Below, one piece after another: positions 18,953-27,313 of a DNA stretch of 64,000 nucleotides. The stretch is taken from assembly GCA_964568735.1 (NCBI GenBank), contig CAZMRF010000007.1:15517-79516 (forward strand), in the 5' to 3' direction. Position 1 is the first letter of the stretch; each line of letters starts with the position of its first letter. Position numbers and translations under genes: made by a program. The notes under the pieces are model-generated. The model saw only the letters and a program-made list of their open reading frames with translations. It was not told where the DNA came from and made no database searches. This DNA is from an uncultured Acidobacteriota bacterium. Lineage in GTDB: Bacteria; Acidobacteriota; Polarisedimenticolia; JACPZX01.

Positions 18953-21900
18953 TCAGGGCGTGCAGGCCGGCGCGGTGCGAGCGACTCCGTCCGAATCGGG
19001 GGCGATGGTCCGGCCGCATCCGTTCCGCGCACCGAGCAGGTAGTAGAAGGCGCTCGACGGGATACCGGCATCCATCGACGATGTCGAGGCCATGTTCGCT
19101 CCCAGGCACGTCGCCCCGCCGAAGATCGCGCCGTCGCTGCGGAGCAGATCGTAGGTCACGGCGCCGGATCCTCCGGGGATCGCGGGGGCATGCCACGTGA
19201 AGAGCGTCGTGGTGCCGCCGCCGGCCTCGAGATCGAGGACCGCCGAAGGCTTCGACCAGAGCGTGCCGTTCGCCGGCGCGCAGTCGGCGGCGTCGAAGGT
19301 GCCGTCAACGTCCGCGTCGCACGTCGGGTCGTGCGTCACCAGCACCGGGAAGGGCGTGCTCGTGATGTTCGTGAAGGCGATGTCGTCGATCTCCCAGCCC
19401 GGGGCCCCGGCGTAGAGGTCCGTGCCGATGCGGAAACGGATCCGCACCGTTTGCCCTTGGTAGGCCGTCCCCAGGCTGACCGTCACCGTGTTGAAGGCAG
19501 GATACGAAGGATTCCGGCCGACCCATGCCTGCCGCCCATCGAGAGGATTGCCTCCACCTGGAATGACGGTGTTGTTGTAGCCGGGGGATGCGAAGCCGCC
19601 GATGTCGCTCCATGTCGCACCGCCGTCGGCGCTGATTTCCATAACGCCGCAGTCGAAGAACGTCGCACCGCTCCCCTTCTGGAAGTCGTGACGGTGGCGG
19701 AAGGTGAAGCCGAAGCTCCCCGTCGGAGCCGCCGGGAGGGTCGGCGAGATCAGCCACACGTCCGTCACACCGGTGGTGTCCGGACCGTGCCACCGGTGAT
19801 CGAAGACGTTCACGGCGACCCGCTCCCAGGAATGCGACCCCCCGGCCGCAGGATCGTTCGCGGCCGTCCAGAGGCTGTTGTCGCTCTCGACGTCGTCGGT
19901 GGCCGACTGGGCGGGCAGGTCGTCCGAGTTCACCCGGAAGGAGCCGGACGCAGTGATGGGCCCAGGGACCACGAGGCCGGAATCGTCGAACTCGATCTGG
20001 AAGACGGCCTCCTCGATGGCCGCGGCGCCCGAGAGGATGATCGGGACCGACGCCGTCGTCGTGCCGAAGGGCGCCGACGTCGGGAAGACGATCGCGTGGC
20101 CCGAGGGGAAGAAGACGTCCGGATTCGTCGAGACGACGGCGCCCGCCGTCGCACCGAGCATAGCGCTCCCTGAGTTCCTCAGCGTGACGGCGAGGCTGCC
20201 GGTCTCGGCCTCGTCGAGATCGCCGTCCGGGAGGCACTGCGTGGCGACGTCGTCCGCGAGCGACAGGCTCTCGAGCACGAGGTCGCCGCCCAGCGCGTAG
20301 CTCTCCACCACGCCGCTGTTGTCATCCGAGAATGTGTCGGGGGCGACGGCTCCGACCCCGGCTCCTCGCTTCGCAAAGGCCTGCCAGAAGAGACCGAGAT
20401 CCAAGGGATCGTTGGCGGCCGCCACGGAGAGGAGCGCGTCTCTCGCATCGAGGAAGGTGGGCGAGTTGGGGGTCATCTTGAGGCTCGCGACGAGATAGTC
20501 CTTCATCCTTTGCTGCGCCTCCGCGAAGCTCAGGCGAGGCGAAGAACCCAGCGTGTCGCGGAGAAGCGCCGCGTAGCACTCCCAGAGCATGTTCGCCCAG
20601 ATCTCTCCCGTCCTGTGGACCTCGGAGTTGAACGTGCCGGACTGCCCGAAGGCCAGCGGCGCCGTCGTGGGCAGCGGGACGCCGTCCTCGATGTGGCGGA
20701 AGGTCAGCGGATTCTTCGCAAAGTCCGTCGAATAGGGAGCCCGCCGGATGCCGAAGTAATAGGGATCGATCCTCCAGGGTTCCGCGGCGTAGGGATAGAG
20801 TGCGTAGACGCCCGAGAAGCTGGCGTTCGCGGCTTGATTGGCGTCCTCGGGACGTACCGTCATGAACAGCGCGATGAAGTCACCCCAGCCCTCGCTGAGG
20901 GCGACGCCCTGGAGCGTGTCGAGGCCGCCTACGTTGCCCACCAGACGGTAGCTGATGTAGTGCCCCCACTCGTGCGCGACGGTCTGGTTGTCGATCGTTG
21001 CGTCGAGGTCCAGGCCCGACTGGCGCAACATGCGGACGTTCACACCCGCCCCCAGGTTGGCCTTGATCGCGGCCCCGTCGGCCTGGGTGATCATCAAGCT
21101 CGGGATCTCCACGACGCCGGTGCCTTGCATCGTCGTCAGCCCGGCCGTGTCATTGGCTATGAGCACTCCGGCCGAGCCGTAGATCTCGGCGTTCTGGACC
21201 TTGAGGATGAAGGAGCAGTTTCCCGCGTCGATGAGCGCGATCCGGCCGGGAAGGAAGTCCCCGTTGACGAAGGGGATTGTGCAGCCGTCCGTCGTGACGC
21301 CGGCGCCGTCGTCCACGAGGACGACGTCTCGCGTTCGAACGAAGGAACGGAGCCCGAAGTCGGCGCCTGCCGCGGGGATCGTCCCGGCGATGGCGGGCGG
21401 GCTGTTGATCTCGACGGACAGAGTCTCCGGGCCGTCGGTGATGTATATCTGCATGATGGGGCTGAAGCCGTCAGGGAGGATCGTCATGTCCGCATTGTTC
21501 CGGCCCGAATAGTCCTGCCCCTCGGCAAGCAGGACGTCGCCGGCGACGCCGCCCCTGCCGTAGTTGTCCGCCTGGGCGTTGCCGGAGGCTTCATCGAAGC
21601 CCGCGTCGTAGAACCAGTCGTGCAGCCAGTTGTTCGCGTAGAAGAGCTGCGTGATCGCGGCGAGCTGTTGGGTGATAGCCGTCGGCTCCACGGCCGTGTC
21701 GTAGGTGCGGTCGAAGACCCCGGTGGACGTGGTCGTTGCGCGCAAATCGCCTGCGGAGAAGCCGTCGGGCGAGGCGATGTCGGCGTAGGCGTCGACGTTG
21801 TTCCCCACGGATTCCGTGGCGGCAGGCGGAAGCCAGGGATCGCCGGTGCTGATCGGAGTGCTCGCCAGGGTGATCAGGTGCGATGGCACGGACGGAGCAT

Positions 21901-22912
21901 GGAATCCATCCGGGAATCCCGTCGGGTGCGGTGTGGGGTCGTTGCCTTCGGGGCCGTCGAAGGGGATCAGGTCGTTGGGATCGGCCCAGACCCGGTAGGC
22001 GTAGGCGTCCGAGAGCGTGAAGCTCATGCGGTGAAGGATTCGGGAGTCCGTAGCCGCGACGACGTAGCCGTAGCTGGCCGACTCGACTCCTTCGGGAGTG
22101 CCGAGCCTGACGATGACGTTCCAGGCCGGCTCGAGCCCGTCGGGGAGTCGGAACCAGACCCTCCTAGCCCCCTGTAGAGCCGACTCCACGATGCCCGAGG
22201 CGGCCTGCGCGCTCTGATCGAGCGAGTAGAGATGGAAGCCGGCTCGCGGAGGTAGCCCCGCGGGCCGGAGGTCGCCGCCGGCGAAGGGGTGTCGGGTGAG
22301 ATCGGCCAGCGCCGCGGCCACCGCCTCCTCCGCACGGAGGGCGAAGGCTCTCTCGCGCCGGACCGGACTCGTCAGGTAGCCCGACAGGGCGATGAGATCC
22401 CCCCGTCGATCGAGCGCGAGCCGCATCTCGTCGCGGAAGACGTCGACCCCATCCACCACCTGGGAGAAGGCTACGATCCGCGCTCCCCTGCCCGTGTCGT
22501 GCACCGATCGGATCTTCAGGCCGGAGAGGTCGGCGGGCTCGAGGTGGTAGAGAGGAGCGTAGGCTTCGAGGTGGATCCGAGCGGCGTCGGCAGGCGAAAT
22601 CACGCCTCCGGCGCGGGCCACCGCGGTCAGCCTGCCGCGCTCTCCCGCCCAAAGGAAGGTCGGGAGGCCGAGGCGAGGCTCGTAGCGGATCTCCGTGCCG
22701 GGCCTGACGTGGCCGCTTCCGGGAGAGGGAGCCTCAGGCTGCGGACCGCCGCGCCCTTCCAGCTCGAGGGCGTTGTAGCGCTCACGAAAGAGCCGGGCCG
22801 GGCCGTCCTTCCTGTTCCGATCGGGATTTGCGGAGGGGAATGCAGGGGCGGTACTGGGCAGGGACGTCACGAAGAAGAGGCACAGCAGGAGGGCCGACTT
22901 CGTTCGTCCCAT
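18953..22912 (-). CDS. Secreted M36 (fungalysin-like) zinc metalloprotease with PA domain, LamG/MAM-like region and conserved C-terminal Cys module (copy 1)
   Basis: Start placed at the internal ATG (complement of 22910-22912), giving the signal peptide MGRTKSALLLCLFFVTSLPSTAPA. M36 motifs HEWGHYISYRLVGN and SEGWGDF. PA-domain segment GRIALIDAGNCSFILKVQNAEIYGSAGVLIAND. C-terminus ..DCAPANGTLW..YDLLRSDG..FYYLLGARNGCG..APACTP. Confidence 0.88.
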   Translation of the reverse strand: MGRTKSALLLCLFFVTSLPSTAPAFPSANPDRNRKDGPARLFRERYNALELEGRGGPQPEAPSPGSGHVRPGTEIRYEPRLGLPTFLWAGERGRLTAVARAGGVISPADAARIHLEAYAPLYHLEPADLSGLKIRSVHDTGRGARIVAFSQVVDGVDVFRDEMRLALDRRGDLIALSGYLTSPVRRERAFALRAEEAVAAALADLTRHPFAGGDLRPAGLPPRAGFHLYSLDQSAQAASGIVESALQGARRVWFRLPDGLEPAWNVIVRLGTPEGVESASYGYVVAATDSRILHRMSFTLSDAYAYRVWADPNDLIPFDGPEGNDPTPHPTGFPDGFHAPSVPSHLITLASTPISTGDPWLPPAATESVGNNVDAYADIASPDGFSAGDLRATTTSTGVFDRTYDTAVEPTAITQQLAAITQLFYANNWLHDWFYDAGFDEASGNAQADNYGRGGVAGDVLLAEGQDYSGRNNADMTILPDGFSPIMQIYITDGPETLSVEINSPPAIAGTIPAAGADFGLRSFVRTRDVVLVDDGAGVTTDGCTIPFVNGDFLPGRIALIDAGNCSFILKVQNAEIYGSAGVLIANDTAGLTTMQGTGVVEIPSLMITQADGAAIKANLGAGVNVRMLRQSGLDLDATIDNQTVAHEWGHYISYRLVGNVGGLDTLQGVALSEGWGDFIALFMTVRPEDANQAANASFSGVYALYPYAAEPWRIDPYYFGIRRAPYSTDFAKNPLTFRHIEDGVPLPTTAPLAFGQSGTFNSEVHRTGEIWANMLWECYAALLRDTLGSSPRLSFAEAQQRMKDYLVASLKMTPNSPTFLDARDALLSVAAANDPLDLGLFWQAFAKRGAGVGAVAPDTFSDDNSGVVESYALGGDLVLESLSLADDVATQCLPDGDLDEAETGSLAVTLRNSGSAMLGATAGAVVSTNPDVFFPSGHAIVFPTSAPFGTTTASVPIILSGAAAIEEAVFQIEFDDSGLVVPGPITASGSFRVNSDDLPAQSATDDVESDNSLWTAANDPAAGGSHSWERVAVNVFDHRWHGPDTTGVTDVWLISPTLPAAPTGSFGFTFRHRHDFQKGSGATFFDCGVMEISADGGATWSDIGGFASPGYNNTVIPGGGNPLDGRQAWVGRNPSYPAFNTVTVSLGTAYQGQTVRIRFRIGTDLYAGAPGWEIDDIAFTNITSTPFPVLVTHDPTCDADVDGTFDAADCAPANGTLWSKPSAVLDLEAGGGTTTLFTWHAPAIPGGSGAVTYDLLRSDGAIFGGATCLGANMASTSSMDAGIPSSAFYYLLGARNGCGRTIAPDSDGVARTAPACTP

Positions 22913-22975
22913 GAACTGGCCGACTTCAGGGAGCGGGAGGCGTCGAATGATCCCGATACAACGCAAACGCCGCGC

Positions 22976-23002
22976 CCTGCCTGCTGAAAACTACACCGAA
23001 AG
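22976..23002 (-). promoter_or_regulatory. Conserved upstream box of M36 protease gene 1
   Basis: On the plus strand cctgcctgctgaaaactacaccgaaag matches cctgcccgacgaaagctacaccgaaaa upstream of gene 2 at 22/26-27. Both boxes begin exactly 64 nt upstream of the preferred ATGs, while the sequence in between is not conserved. Confidence 0.45.
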
Positions 23003-23194
23003 TCCCCAGCTCACAACAGCGATCTTCGAGTCCGGGGGACCTCCGGCGTGCGCGAAGATGCGCTCCGCGCTTCTCGACAAACCTGCCTCCGCCAGCCCCT
23101 CCCCCGGGACTCCAGGGGCCCGGATTCCCCCACAGCGGCAGCGATAGTCCGCCTGCTGAGAGCGAGCGAACGACCTGAGATCACGCGGCCTCGT

Positions 23195-26100
23195 TCAGGG
23201 CGTGCAGGCCGGCGCGGTGCGAGCGACTCCGTCCGAATCGGGAGCGATGGTCCGGCCGCATCCGTTCCGTGCACCGAGCAGGTAGTAGAAGGCGCTCGAT
23301 GGGATACCGGCATCCATCGACGATGTCGAGGCGACGTTCGCCGCCAGGCAGGTCGCCCCGCCGAACACCGCCCCGTCGCTGCGGAGCAGATCGTAGGTCA
23401 CGGGGGCGGATCCTCCGGGGATCGCGGGGGCAGGCCACGTGAAGAGCGTCGTCGTGCCGCCGCCGGCCTCGAGATCGAGGATCGCGGAGGGCTTCGACCA
23501 GAGCGTGCCGTTTCCCGGCGCGCAGTCGGCGGCGTCGAAGGTACCGTCGAAGTCTGCGTCGCACGTCGGATCGTGCGCCACGAGGATGGGGAAGGGCGTG
23601 CTGGTGATGTTGTTGAAGGCGATATCGTCAATCTCCCATCCCGGAGCCCCGACGGCGATGTCGGTCCCGATCCGGAAGCGGACGCGGACCGTCTGACTCT
23701 GGTAGGCCGTCCCCAGGCTCACCGTCACCGTGTTGAGCGACGGATACCCCGCGCTGACCCCGACGTAGGCCGGCCGGCCTTCGATCGGATTGTTCCCGCC
23801 CGTGACGATGCTCCCGCCGTAGCCGGGCACGGCGGAGGCGCCGATGTCGCTCCACGATGCGCCGCCGTTCGTGCTGATCTCGATGACGCCGCCGTCGAAG
23901 AAGACCGAGGTACCACGCTCGAAGTCATGGCGGTGCTTGAAGGTGAAGCTGAAGCTCCCCGCGGGAGCCACAGGCAGCGGCGGAGAGATCAGCCACACGT
24001 CCGTCGTGCCGCCCCCGTCCGGGCCATGCCAGCGATGATCGAGGCCGCTGAGGGCGATCCGTTCCCAGGGCAGGGAGGCTCCGAGTCCGGGATTGCTCGA
24101 TACCGACCAGACGCTGTTGTCGCTCTCCACGTTGTCGGCAGCCGACTGCGCGGGTAAATCATCGGAATTCACTCTAAATGAAGCACCGCCCGTCAGCGGC
24201 CCCGCAACCGCCAGCCCCGGATCGTCGAAGCTGATCTGGAAGGCTGCCTCCTGGATCGAGACGGCCCCCGAGAGGCTCACGGGGATGGCCGCGGTCGTCG
24301 TTCCGAAGGAAGCGGAAGAGGGAAAGACGACCGAGCCGCCGGAGGGGAAGGCGACGGAGGGGTTCGTGGAGCTGATCATCGCCGTGGTGGAGCTGAGCGC
24401 GGAGCTGCCCGTGTTCCTCAGAGTCAGCGTCAGGCTCCCCGTCTCGCCCCGATCGAGATCACCGTCGGGCAGACACTGAGTCGCCACCCCATCGTCGAGG
24501 AGCACATCCTCGAGGACGAGGTCGCCTCCCAGGAGGTAGCTCTCCACGACACCGCTGTTGGTCGAGGAGTAGCGATCGGGCGCCACGGCTCCGACACCCG
24601 CTCCCCGCTTGGCAAAGGCCTGCCAGAAAACCTGCAGGTCCGCCGCATCCCCGGCGGCAGCGGCCGTCAGGACCGCATCCCGCGCTTCGAGGAGAGTCGG
24701 CGAGTTGGGCGTCATCTTGTAGCCGGCAACGAGGTACTCCTTCATCCTCTGCTGAGCCTGCGCGAAGCTCAGGCGCGGGGAGGGTCCGAGCGTGTCGCGG
24801 AGGAGCCCCGCATAGCACTCCCAGAGCATGTTCGCCCAGATCTCTCCCGTGTTGTGCACCTCGGAGTTGCCCGCGCCCGACTGCCCGAAGGCGAGGGGGG
24901 CCGTGCCCGGAAGCGGCACGCCTTCCTCGATGTGCCGGAAGGTCAGCGGGTTCTTCGCGAAATTCGTCGAGTAGGGCGCCCGCCGGATTCCGAAGTAGTA
25001 GGAGAAAGAGCCCGGTCCGCCCACGGCGTAGCCGGCCAGGGCGTAGACGCCCGAGAAGTTGGGGTTCGCCGGCGCAGCCGCATCCGCCGCGCGCACCGTC
25101 ATCAGCAGCGCGGTGAAGTCGCCCCACCCCTCGCCGAGGCCCGAGGCCATCTGCGTGTCGAGCCCGAAGGCGTTGCCCACCAGCCGGTTGCTGATGTAGT
25201 GGCCCCACTCGTGCGCCACGATCTGGTTGTCGACGGTGCCGTCGCGGTCCACGTCGGAGTCGCGGAAGAGGCGGGCGTTCACCCCGCTCCCGAGGTTGGT
25301 CCTGATCGCGTTTCCGTCGGCCTGGGAGACCATCAACGAGGGCGTCTCCGCGAAGCCCGTGCCGCCCATCGTGATCACGCCCGATGTGTTGTTGACGATG
25401 ATGACGCCGGCGGCGGCGTGGCTCTCCGCGTTCTGGACCTTGACGATGAAATTGCAGGTCCCGCGGTCGATGAGAGCGATCTTCCCGGCGATGGCGGCCC
25501 CGTTGATGAAGGGGAAGGTACATCCATCCGATGGGGTGCCTGCACCATCGTTGACGAGGACCACGTCCTCGGTCACGTCGAAAAGGGACGGCCCGAACTG
25601 GGCCGGCCCGGCCACCTTCGTGCCGGCGATGGAGGGCGGGCTGTTCACCTCGACGAACTGGTTGCTCGGACCATCGAAGATGTACATCTGCATGATCGGG
25701 TTGAAGCCGTCCGGAGGCGTGGACATGTTGGCGTTGTTTCGCCCGGAGAAGTCCTGCCCCTCGGCGAGGAGGAGGTCGCCGCCCACGCCGCCCCTCCCGA
25801 AGTTATTCGCCTGCGCGTTGCCCGAGGCCTCGTCGAAGCCCGCGTCGTAGAACCAGTCGTGGAGCCAGTTGTTGACGTAGAAGAGCTGCGTGATGGAGGC
25901 GCGCCGCTGGTTGGCGGTGGCGCTCGGGGAGAGCGAAGTGTTGTAGACCCTGTCGAAGATTCCCGCCGAGGTCGTCGTGGCCCTCAGGTCTCCCGTTCCG
26001 AAGCCGTCCGGCGAGGCGATGTCCGCGTAGGCGTCGACGTTGTTCCCCAACGACTGCGTCGCCGCGGGCGGCAGCCAGGGGTCGCCCGTACTGATGGGGC

Positions 26101-27154
26101 CGCTCTGGAGCGATATGAGCGGCTGAGACAGGAAGGCCGGCTGGATATCGTCGAGCAGCCCCGTGGGATGCGGCGTCGGATCGAATCCCTGGGGGCCGTC
26201 GTAGGGAGTCAGGCCATTCGGATCCGCCCAGACGCGGTAGGCGTAAACGTCCGACAGGGTGAAATCACGGCGGTAGAGGATGCGGGCGTCGGCCGCGGAG
26301 ATCACGTACCCATAGCTCGCCGACTCCACGCCGTCCTGCGTGCCCAGCCTCACGATGACGTTCCACGCCGGCTCGAGGCCGTCGCCGAGGCGGAACCAGA
26401 CCTTCTTCGCTCCCGCCGGGGCCGCTTCCACCAAGCCAGACGCGGCCTCCGTGCCTTCGTCGAGAGAGAAGAGCCGGAAACCGCCTCGCTGCGCCTGGCC
26501 CGCGGGCCTGAGATCTCCGATGTCAAAGGGGTAGCCGCTCAGATCCGCGAGCGCCGCGGCCACCGCCTCCTCGGAGCGGACCTGGAATGCCGCACCGCGG
26601 CGGATCGGCCGGGTCAGATATCCCGAGATGGCAATCAGGTCACCCTGACGATCCAGCGCGAGCTTCATCTCGTCGCGGAAGACGTCGATCCCATCAACTT
26701 CCTGGGAGAAGGTGACGATCCGCGCTCCCCTTCCCGTGTCATGGACCGATCGGATCTTCAGGCCCGGGATGTCTGCGGGGTCCAGGGCGTAGAGATGCGC
26801 GTATTCCTCGAGGTGCAGGCGTGCGGCCTCGGAAGCGCTCGGCCCGCTACCCGAGCTGACCGACGCAGCCAGCCTCCCCCGCTCGCCAGCCCACAGAAAG
26901 GTCGGCAGGCCGAGACGGGGCTCGTAGCGCGTCTCGGAGCCACGCAAGACGTAGCCTTCGCCGGGAGCGACCCACGCCGGCCGCCCGAGTCCGCGCCGAT
27001 CGGCCGCAAAGGCGTCGTGGGGCTCCCTGGAGAGTCTCCGCGCACCATAGTTCGCGGGAGGATTTGACCTGCGAGCCGAGGCGCCCGCGGGAAAGCCCGG
27101 GACGGTCGAGAGAATGAGAATCGAGAGCGTCATCGCCGCAGTCGTCCGCCTCAT
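23195..27154 (-). CDS. Secreted M36 (fungalysin-like) zinc metalloprotease, tandem paralog (copy 2)
   Basis: ATG 27154 with GGGAGA about 10 nt upstream. Signal MRRTTAAMTLSILILSTVPGFPAGASA. HEWGHYISNRLVGN, GEGWGDF, PA segment GKIALIDRGTCNFIVKVQNAESHAAAGVIIVNN. Collinear with copy 1 throughout; the last ~140 nt are nearly identical at DNA level. Confidence 0.9.
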   Translation of the reverse strand: MRRTTAAMTLSILILSTVPGFPAGASARRSNPPANYGARRLSREPHDAFAADRRGLGRPAWVAPGEGYVLRGSETRYEPRLGLPTFLWAGERGRLAASVSSGSGPSASEAARLHLEEYAHLYALDPADIPGLKIRSVHDTGRGARIVTFSQEVDGIDVFRDEMKLALDRQGDLIAISGYLTRPIRRGAAFQVRSEEAVAAALADLSGYPFDIGDLRPAGQAQRGGFRLFSLDEGTEAASGLVEAAPAGAKKVWFRLGDGLEPAWNVIVRLGTQDGVESASYGYVISAADARILYRRDFTLSDVYAYRVWADPNGLTPYDGPQGFDPTPHPTGLLDDIQPAFLSQPLISLQSGPISTGDPWLPPAATQSLGNNVDAYADIASPDGFGTGDLRATTTSAGIFDRVYNTSLSPSATANQRRASITQLFYVNNWLHDWFYDAGFDEASGNAQANNFGRGGVGGDLLLAEGQDFSGRNNANMSTPPDGFNPIMQMYIFDGPSNQFVEVNSPPSIAGTKVAGPAQFGPSLFDVTEDVVLVNDGAGTPSDGCTFPFINGAAIAGKIALIDRGTCNFIVKVQNAESHAAAGVIIVNNTSGVITMGGTGFAETPSLMVSQADGNAIRTNLGSGVNARLFRDSDVDRDGTVDNQIVAHEWGHYISNRLVGNAFGLDTQMASGLGEGWGDFTALLMTVRAADAAAPANPNFSGVYALAGYAVGGPGSFSYYFGIRRAPYSTNFAKNPLTFRHIEEGVPLPGTAPLAFGQSGAGNSEVHNTGEIWANMLWECYAGLLRDTLGPSPRLSFAQAQQRMKEYLVAGYKMTPNSPTLLEARDAVLTAAAAGDAADLQVFWQAFAKRGAGVGAVAPDRYSSTNSGVVESYLLGGDLVLEDVLLDDGVATQCLPDGDLDRGETGSLTLTLRNTGSSALSSTTAMISSTNPSVAFPSGGSVVFPSSASFGTTTAAIPVSLSGAVSIQEAAFQISFDDPGLAVAGPLTGGASFRVNSDDLPAQSAADNVESDNSVWSVSSNPGLGASLPWERIALSGLDHRWHGPDGGGTTDVWLISPPLPVAPAGSFSFTFKHRHDFERGTSVFFDGGVIEISTNGGASWSDIGASAVPGYGGSIVTGGNNPIEGRPAYVGVSAGYPSLNTVTVSLGTAYQSQTVRVRFRIGTDIAVGAPGWEIDDIAFNNITSTPFPILVAHDPTCDADFDGTFDAADCAPGNGTLWSKPSAILDLEAGGGTTTLFTWPAPAIPGGSAPVTYDLLRSDGAVFGGATCLAANVASTSSMDAGIPSSAFYYLLGARNGCGRTIAPDSDGVARTAPACTP

Positions 27155-27217
27155 GTGTCCACAGTCTCCCGCACTAGAACAAATACGAACAGAATTGAAA
27201 TAGGGTGAACACCAACT

Positions 27218-27245
27218 CCTGCCCGACGAAAGCTACACCGAAAAG
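27218..27245 (-). promoter_or_regulatory. Conserved upstream box of M36 protease gene 2
   Basis: See 22976-23002. On the coding (minus) strand it reads CTTTTCGGTGTAGCTTTCGTCGGGCAGG, with TTTC repeated at about 11-12 nt spacing. Confidence 0.45.
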
Positions 27246-27313
27246 GACCCGGCCACCACAACGCATTCACTCAAGTATGATCGCCGCCGGCCCGCGGCGT
27301 CCCGCCGCTGCCA

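Noticed and set aside
18953-19092. Possibility that the near-identical 3' ends of the M36 genes are a diversity-generating retroelement TR/VR pair
   Set aside because: There is no reverse transcriptase or accessory gene in the window. The three differences (G/A, C/T, C/T on the plus strand) are not adenine-specific mutagenesis, and the stretches are the orthologous ends of full-length paralogs. Gene conversion is the simpler explanation.
23028-23112. Possible third locus of the palindromic element family
   Set aside because: The arms pair only with a 1-nt bulge (gagtccgggggac / tcccccgggactc), and spacer similarity is limited to tgcgctcc plus loose matches. This is too weak to annotate and is mentioned only as a lead.
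20510-27067. Plus-strand ORFs 20510..22177 (555 aa) and 24854..27067 (737 aa)
   Set aside because: They are antisense to the two M36 protease genes and Arg/Asp/Gly-rich with no motifs.
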